DNA of 64,000 nt. Source: a virus. Numbering within the stretch: the stretch's first letter is position 1; the number at the start of each line of letters is the position of its first letter. Location of the stretch: positions 77,144-141,143 of the IMG/VR virus record IMGVR_UViG_3300047160_005727. One strand, 5' to 3'. Position numbers and translations under genes: made by a program. This document shows positions 57,691-64,000 of this stretch, one piece after another. The notes under the pieces were generated by a model. It had not been told where the DNA came from, made no database searches, and worked only from the letters and a program-made list of their open reading frames with translations.

Positions 57691-60156
57691 GATCAACGAA
57701 CTGCCAGCCCACATCCAGCGAGCCCTGCTCTACGATGTGGTCTGGCAGCTGTTTGGTGATATCGACGAGGACGGGACCGAATACATCGATCCGGACTATA
57801 TTGCGGACGTTGTGGATACGACCACGGCGATCGCCTGCCTGCACGAGACGCTGTTCGTGAAGACGTTCGAGCCGCGAGTCACGGAAGTGATCCGTACCGG
57901 CGAACTCGAGATCGAGCCTGGCCATACGATGGCCGAGATCATCGAGCAGGCCAGCGCCTGCCTCGACCGGGCATGTTCGTGGGATATCTGCGGCGAGATC
58001 CTGTTCCGGTGCGACGACGACTTCTTCTACACAGCAACCGTCGAGCTTGTGATCGGGCTGGCCAGCCCTGACTACGTAGCCGATGCCATGAAGTGTAAAG
58101 CCAACGAAGAGGAAGACGATGTTCAACCACCAGATCGAGGAGATGACTGACGCGGTTGCGAAGCAGCTGGAGCTGAGCGACGTACAACGAGCAGCAGTCA
58201 AGACCGTACTGGGCCTCTACTGGTTCGACAAGATCGCCATCGTCTGGACGGCTGATGACGTCCGGAGCTGCAAGAAGGGGATCACCGAGGATGATGCCGT
58301 CGAGGCGCTTCAACAGGTGCTACACCACCATGATGCCACCCTGGGTGTTACATGGGACACCATCGTTTCCGCCTGTGGCGGCGAGTACCCCAACGAAGAT
58401 GACGAAGAGGAGGAACCTGACTGATGCGGGATGTACAGCTTCCCGATGGCTCCTGGGTCACGACCGCGATCAGTGTCGGGGTAGGTGAGCCCAAGGAGCA
58501 ATGTGAAGACGACAAGTGCCTGTGGCAGGACTACGGCCCATCAAGTGGCGGCGAACGTCCGGTCCAGATGCAGCGCTGCGGCGTCTGTGAATGGGTCAGG
58601 GGTCGCTATCTCTTTAACCCACATCCGGAGGTAACCAAGTAATGGCCATCGATCTTTACAGCTACAACGCGTGCCTCGGCACGTTGGTGATCGACTGGGC
58701 CAACCGCAAATATACGTTTGAAGGCATGGATGGTAACGGCACTACGGAAATGACCGCTGATGAGGTCACCGCTGCCTTTGAGGATCACGCTGCGAACCCA
58801 GACATCGAGGTCGTGGCCTTGATCTTTTGGCCCGAAAACGAACAGCTCTGCGCTCATGATGCCGAGAGCTTCGAGGGCGAGCTGGAGCATGATCGAGAAA
58901 GTAAGGATGACAATGAGTCAGGAGAAGAAGACTAACCCGTTCGTCGCGGGGTTTTTCACGCTCGTGGGTGTGTTGGCGTTCGGTGAGTATGTATTGGGGG
59001 CAGCCCCCTACATCTGTGTCCCCATCGCTGTGCTCATGGCGATCAGCGCGTTCATCTGCAACCTCTGATCCGGAGGTTGTACCAGTGGACGAGAGCAAAG
59101 AAAGGTGCCAGGCGGCACTGTTCTGGGGCGGACTCGTATGGGTGATCCTACGCAGCTACGGGTTTACAAACGGCCCGAGCATATTTCTCGGTGTGGTCGT
59201 GTTCATCCTGGCGCTGTGGCTCATGCAGTACCAGCGGCCCACGAGGATGATCCTGTACCACAAGTACGACAAACACTCTAAACGGGGTAAGGAGGACTGA
59301 TGAAACCAGAACCGGCGCCGGCCGCCACCACGCCTGTGATGGATGGTCCCAGGACTACCGACCAGCTGCCGGATGTCGTCGTGGTGCGGGGCAAGCACAA
59401 GCTAGCTTGCCCCCACTGCGGCGCCAAGGGCCTGGACAACTTCCAGTGGTTGGAAGAGATCACAAGCTACCGCGAGCTGATCAGCCTCAAGCGCGGTGTG
59501 CTCTTGATGCATTCCTACTACCAAGTCTTTGATGAGAATGGCACATGCCCAAGGTTGCTGTGCAAAACCTGCGACCAGGAGTCCCTTGTACCGGAGGGCA
59601 TTGACCTTGACTGGGAGTAACCCCTTGGCTTACACGCCCAAAGTCGAGCCGCCGCTCGATGAGATCGAAGTCGAGCCCCGCTTCCCGCGAAAGCGCGACT
59701 CGAACAGCAAACCCTACTTCATTGTTTCGATGGAATGCTTGAAGGAGATCCTTGAGCGCGAGACTGCCGTCATCGCCACAGAAGACGTTCCGCGGTTGAT
59801 GGCAGTCTTATGCAGATACGCCGTCGAAGCAGATGTCAGTGACCACCATTTGGCCGGCACGATGCAAGCGTATTACGAGGCCATAACTGATGACGACGCC
59901 GAATGAAGAACCTGAAGAGGCCGAGGACAAGACACCTCGGTATCAGTGTCCGCGCTGTGGAAAGACGGACCAGATCAATGTGTCCGTCGTGTGCTACGCC
60001 CGGCTCGATCAGAGCGATCCGAGCAACCTTGAAACAGAGATCGATACGTCGGACCAGGAATGGGACGACGACTCAACGATGCAGTGCAGCGCTTGCCTCT
60101 ACTCGGGCAAGATGCATGACTGTGCCGAGGCCGCGTTGTCTGGCTCCGGCAAATAG
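57659..60156 (+). CDS. Run of small coupled hypothetical genes (57659-58150, 58119-58424, 58424-58642, 58642-58935, two small membrane ORFs about 58890-59300, 59300-59620, 59625-59906, 59890-60156), several acidic with CxxC pairs
   Basis: RBSs, TGATG/TAATG overlaps; CPHC..CKTC and CPRC..CSAC. Confidence 0.6.
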
Positions 60157-60231
60157 GGCTTCCATTGGCCCGCGACGGTCGCTACATTCGGCCGTTCCGT
60201 TTACCAGGACGTCTTCTCTAACATGGAGTGA

Positions 60232-60789
60232 ATGATGCTAAGTACGCTGATCCTTGTTGCTGTTCTCGGTCAGTCACCAGCGACCGCCAAGCCGCCTGAA
60301 GCTGCCCCGGTCAAGAAATGGTGGGTCCTGTCCAACCTGTCTGGTTGGGAGGGCTATGGCCCGATGAATGAGAACGGCTGGATCATTACCGAAAAGTTTC
60401 GCCGGATCGGGACAACTGAGGAAGTCCCACCTGCCAAGCCTGGCGAACAGACCGCAACGGCCGCGACGACTACCACGGTCGAAGCTGATCCATACGGCTT
60501 CTTGTCCTGGCTAAATGCCACCAGGGCTGCATACGGACTAGCGCCGGTGGGCCATGACCCGAACTTGTCGGCCTGGGCAGCTGAGAACAATAACCATCAA
60601 GCTGCCCGCGGCATGGGTCATTACGTGATGGGTCCAGCTCGCCGCCAGAACTCGGCGTTCGGCTCATTCGCCAACATCGGATCGATGTGGATGAACTCGG
60701 GAGGCCATCGTGCGGCCTTGCTCGATCCGACAATTCGCTTTATGGGCATTGCTGGCCTCGGCGCTTATTGGACTTTCAACGCGTACTGA
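60232..60789 (+). CDS. Secreted CAP (SCP/PR-1) domain protein
   Basis: Signal peptide; 'LNATRAAYGL...DPNL..WA', 'GH', 'WMNSGGHRAALL...MGIA'. Confidence 0.85.
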   Translation: MMLSTLILVAVLGQSPATAKPPEAAPVKKWWVLSNLSGWEGYGPMNENGWIITEKFRRIGTTEEVPPAKPGEQTATAATTTTVEADPYGFLSWLNATRAAYGLAPVGHDPNLSAWAAENNNHQAARGMGHYVMGPARRQNSAFGSFANIGSMWMNSGGHRAALLDPTIRFMGIAGLGAYWTFNAY

Positions 60790-60850
60790 TACCCTGCATA
60801 CTGACAACAGTTGCAGGCCCATTACTCCCTTTTCTCAGGAGTTTTAGACC

Positions 60851-61357
60851 GTGAAGAAACTTCTCGCTTTTGCCGCAGTCTCGGTTCTGCTTGTTGGCAC
60901 TGCTGAAGCGTGTCACAGCTGCAAGCGACCTCGCTGCGGTGGTGGTTGCGGTGGCGGTTTCGCTATCAGCTTCAATACGGGCTGCGGCCAGTGCGGTGGT
61001 CATCACTTCCGCTTGTTCGGCTGCCACAAGAAGCAGAAATGCTGCAACACCGCTCCGATGTGCAACTTTACCGTGCCGGTAATGCAGGCTGCCTACACCT
61101 ACACCACCGTGACAGTGCAGGCGACCCCGCAAGCCCAGTACGCCCCGGCTGCCCCTTCCAAGACGATCCCTGTACCACAGGCGCCGTCCAAGCAGTCGAT
61201 GCAGCCTGGTACGGTTCAGCAGGCACCTCCGGGCACAGTGATCCAGCCTGGTACGGTTCCGGGACCTCCGGGCGCTCCGGCACCTGGCACACAAGCTGAC
61301 CCTGTACCCAAGTCGCGCATCGAGTCGCCGCCGACGCCACCGGTGCCCCGCACCTGA
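60851..61357 (+). CDS. Secreted Cys/Gly-rich, Pro/Gln-rich low-complexity protein
   Basis: AGGAG RBS; signal peptide ending AEA; 'CHSCKRPRCGGGCGG...GCHKKQKCC'. Confidence 0.75.
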   Translation: MKKLLAFAAVSVLLVGTAEACHSCKRPRCGGGCGGGFAISFNTGCGQCGGHHFRLFGCHKKQKCCNTAPMCNFTVPVMQAAYTYTTVTVQATPQAQYAPAAPSKTIPVPQAPSKQSMQPGTVQQAPPGTVIQPGTVPGPPGAPAPGTQADPVPKSRIESPPTPPVPRT

Positions 61358-61366
61358 TCTATCTGC

Positions 61367-61441
61367 GTAATGGTCAGGCTCGGCGACGGGCCTGACGAGG
61401 GCCGGTCAAGTTGGCGGTAAACGTCCTTGGCCGGCCCATTT
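61367..61441 (+). repeat. REP-like double-hairpin element, copy 1
   Basis: GTAATG-GTCAGGCTCG-gcga-CGGGCCTGAC-GA then GGGCCGGTCAAG...CTTGGCCGGCCC-ATTT. Confidence 0.7.
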
Positions 61442-61467
61442 CATTCCGCATTGCCGAAGGAGGATCC

Positions 61468-61833
61468 ATGACAAGCGAACAGATCTTCGCACGGCTCCAG
61501 GAGGCGCTGGAGAAGACCTTCTGCCCGGTCGGCGGCTGCTGGGGCCTCCATGGGGCGAAACTCGAATGCTTCTACGACCCGAACATGGAGTCCCATGTCC
61601 TGGAGGCATGGCCCCACGCCTTCAACGAAGACCAACCCGAGGGCAACGGCCACAAGGCCGGCGCGCTCTACGAGCTGGCCGAGTTCGACTTCACCACGCT
61701 GCTTGAGGAGATCGACCTGGAGAGCTTCCACTTCAGCCAGATGCGGCAGGTCTTCGAGATCAGCTGGCACGAGGGGGATAAGCTGCTGGAGCTGAGGCTT
61801 CACATCGAGCCCCATAAAGATGACGAAGGGTAA
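61468..61833 (+). CDS. Acidic hypothetical protein
   Basis: AAGGAGG RBS, ATG 61468. Confidence 0.7.
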   Translation: MTSEQIFARLQEALEKTFCPVGGCWGLHGAKLECFYDPNMESHVLEAWPHAFNEDQPEGNGHKAGALYELAEFDFTTLLEEIDLESFHFSQMRQVFEISWHEGDKLLELRLHIEPHKDDEG

Positions 61834-61857
61834 TGACCATACTCACAGGAGCCATCC

Positions 61858-62232
61858 ATGGATCAGCCATCGTCCAACGGCGCGCTTGGCGGGCTGGGTC
61901 GGCCAATTGACGTCAAGACCATGATCGGCACCGGGGCGATCTATGGCGCGCATATCGCTTGCCCGGTATGCAGGTTCGAGTATACCCATCCCGTCGCCGT
62001 CGTGGTCAACGCCGGCGGCTCGATCACGACCGTCGACAAAGGTGGGACCAGGATGTCTGCGGGTAAGCCCGTGGACCGCGGTGTCATGATCGAGATCCAC
62101 TTCGTGGGGGAGTGCGGCCACGACTACCGGCTGAACTTCCATTTTCACAAGGGGATCACTTCGGTCGAAAGCACGATCGGCGGCGGTACGCCGGATGACA
62201 GGCAGCCCCCGGCCACGATCTGGCGTGACTGA
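61858..62232 (+). CDS. Hypothetical Zn-binding protein
   Basis: AGGAG RBS; CPVC...H...ECGH...FHKG. Confidence 0.7.
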   Translation: MDQPSSNGALGGLGRPIDVKTMIGTGAIYGAHIACPVCRFEYTHPVAVVVNAGGSITTVDKGGTRMSAGKPVDRGVMIEIHFVGECGHDYRLNFHFHKGITSVESTIGGGTPDDRQPPATIWRD

Positions 62233-62245
62233 AGCCCGCCGCCTT

Positions 62246-62345
62246 GTAACGGTCAGGTTCGTTCGCGGGCCTGACGATCCGGGAGGCCGCTTGCGGCGCT
62301 GCCCGGAGGGGCCGGCCAGGGTTATCCTTGGCCGGCCCATTTTTT
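62246..62345 (+). repeat. REP-like element, copy 2 (with an extra inserted hairpin; likely also a terminator)
   Basis: GTAACG-GTCAGGTTCG-ttcg-CGGGCCTGAC-GA ... GGGCCGGCCAGGG-ttat-CCTTGGCCGGCCC-ATTTTTT. Confidence 0.7.
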
Positions 62346-63077
62346 GCGCGTTACGCGGCGTATCGTTCGCACACCGATGACGCAGCCGACGCCGAGGCAA
62401 AGCAAGACTACACTGGCTGGCTCTGGTACCGCTGACGATACGAAGTTGTAGGTGAGTGTTACCGAGACACCGACATCGGTGAGCACGGCACCGCCACCAT
62501 TGCCAGTGCTCGAAACGAAGCTCGAGATAGCCCGTGCTTTGACGTCCAGATCGACTGGGCTGGTTCCGATGAACTGATCCGCAAGGCCACCTGCAAAGGT
62601 CTGAGCTACTGCGCCCTGTGATATGAGCTGCGGCGGGATGTAGTGAGGGTCGGTTGGCGGCAGAAACGACGACCATGTGTTGCCAGTATCCGTTCTCTTG
62701 ATGACGGCGACCGGCGCCGACTGGTTGAGCAGAAGTGACGTACCATCGGGACCGTAGAGCGCTGCTGACGGTCCATCAGAGAGTTTAGCGACAGCGGACG
62801 GATCGTCCAGGATCGTGGTGTCGATGGTCGCCGTCGTCGTGATGTAAAGGGTGGACTGCTGCGAAGGAAACATCAACATGAAGTAGCTGTTGGCGTCCAT
62901 CGACATGGTGACCTTGATGTTGGTCAAGGTTCCATCAGCCGGGTTGAACGCATTGAATGTCAGCGGTTTCGTCCAGTCAGTCTGGGTCAGAGGCATGGAC
63001 TGGACCTGCGTGATCGATCCGCCGGCCGCGATGGTCGGCAGAGCGAGCAGCAGTAGGAAAGCCAGGAACTGGCGCAT
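62322..63077 (-). CDS. PEP-CTERM protein with choice-of-anchor E-like domain
   Basis: Signal peptide; 'TDWT..LTFNAFNPADGTLTNIKV...VTLTYNF'; 'VPEPAS', TM helix, 'RTIRRVTRKK'. Confidence 0.88.
   Translation of the reverse strand: MRQFLAFLLLLALPTIAAGGSITQVQSMPLTQTDWTKPLTFNAFNPADGTLTNIKVTMSMDANSYFMLMFPSQQSTLYITTTATIDTTILDDPSAVAKLSDGPSAALYGPDGTSLLLNQSAPVAVIKRTDTGNTWSSFLPPTDPHYIPPQLISQGAVAQTFAGGLADQFIGTSPVDLDVKARAISSFVSSTGNGGGAVLTDVGVSVTLTYNFVSSAVPEPASVVLLCLGVGCVIGVRTIRRVTRKKWAGQG
62350..62364. promoter_or_regulatory. 15-bp palindrome, copy 6
   Basis: GTTACGCGGCGTATC. Confidence 0.7.
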
Positions 63078-63128
63078 AGGTTGGTCCCGTGATGAGGTTC
63101 AAACAATACCCACCAGAAGGATACCACG

Positions 63129-63919
63129 ATGAACAAAACCCAGCGAATGATCGCCAGCCTGATCGGCGACATCGCCAGCCGGATCCGCACCCGGTTCGGT
63201 GTCGTCGAGAGTATGACCCCCAAGCGGGTCATGGACCTGTCGCACGACTTCGAGCGTACGGCCCTCGAACACCTGAGCGCTCTACACAACGTGAAGGAGA
63301 TCACCAAGGAAGACGGTACCCTGCTGATACCACCTCCTGAGTAGCCGTCGCTTGGCGGTGCTTGACGGTCGCACGACGGTCGCACGGTGCGACAATTATA
63401 CGTTTTATACGCCGTTAGACGCGCATTATACATGCATGTAGAACAGGAGTCTTCCGATGGAAGCCACCCTCAGAGAGCTGGCCAACGTGCTACAAAAAGC
63501 CAGCGACGACGGCACGCTCGACGAGCTAGCCAAGGACATCCACCCCAACACCATCAACGAGTTCTGCGACGCTGTCGCAAACGCACTCCCTGAACAGGAG
63601 GAAGAAGACGATGGCCTCGAGATGGATCGAAGTTAATTACAACGAAGCGATCGACGTCCTCTTCCCAGGAGGCCGCAAGATCTCGATCCTACTGAGCTAC
63701 CTCGAACCTTCGGAGCAAACCCCAGAGATCGACATCATGTTCGACGCGGACATGATCCTGAACTGCTTCATGCCCGGCCTAGAACCAGCCAAGCCTACGC
63801 GGCACGGGGCTCATATCCTCGAAGGCCGGCAGATCATTGCTGCGCTCTGTAGTGGGATCCATCGCGCTGATCCTCGATCGGATCTTCGTGAAGGTGTTGG
63901 CGCCGATGAAGTGAAGTGA
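63129..63919 (+). CDS. Three small hypothetical genes (63129-63344; 63457-63636, 59 aa, absent from the ORF track; 63611-63919)
   Basis: AAGGA/AGGAG RBSs. Confidence 0.55.
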
Positions 63920-63982
63920 AGTGAAGTGAAGTGAAGTGAAGCGGTGAAGTGGGGGGTTGAACCAGCCACTTTCAACCCCCCA
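63907..63982. repeat. (TGAAG)x7 microsatellite plus one further unit, followed by a 12-bp inverted repeat
   Basis: TGAAG units 63907-63941 and 63945-63949; TGGGGGGTTGAA-N9-TTCAACCCCCCA at 63950-63982. Confidence 0.85.
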
Positions 63983-64000
63983 ATGAACGTGCGGCTTTCC

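Noticed and set aside
61392-61398. CTGACGA (also at 62271) resembling the hammerhead CUGANGA core
   Set aside because: It is the 3' arm of the GTCAG hairpin; no GAAA after the next stem and no correctly placed NUH
63907-63949. CRISPR array
   Set aside because: 5-bp microsatellite without spacers; no repeat-spacer array or cas gene seen in the window

Overview
The window is part of a large, GC-rich tailed-phage genome with a contractile (myovirus-type) tail. No capsid, portal or sheath gene, tRNA, CRISPR array, integrase or transposase was recognised. 1-25.1 kb (+) is a tail morphogenesis operon: a chaperone pair with a possible -1 frameshift, tape-measure-like protein, baseplate hub and wedge (gp25-like, J-like), an embedded sigma-70-family factor, five paralogous Cys-rich fibre-type genes and a collagen-like protein. 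25-64 kb is mostly accessory and replication genes: two PEP-CTERM proteins, a Ycf46-like AAA ATPase/DUF2997/DUF3150-like/SWIM-finger module, a Gp88-like protein, a glycosyltransferase-like gene with two SAM methyltransferases, a primase-like protein, a poly-acidic protein, terminase large subunit, RNase H-like protein, class II ribonucleotide reductase (NrdJ), and secreted CAP-domain and Cys/Gly-rich proteins. These host-like genes suggest a Planctomycetota host, probably Isosphaeraceae; this comes from recalled family resemblance, not a search. The strongest unexplained signals read directly from the sequence are: (i) a 15-bp palindrome RWTACGC-N-GCGTAWY found six times at 5-14 kb spacing; (ii) a five-copy promoter-like motif CTAAA-N16/17-GTCATA, each copy followed by a hairpin; (iii) a C-terminal R-x-R-x-[IV]-[DN]-x tag shared by four proteins of the AAA module; (iv) a set of secreted and glycan-modifying genes that may remodel the host surface. 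All family assignments are by-eye motif recognition and need HMM or structure confirmation.
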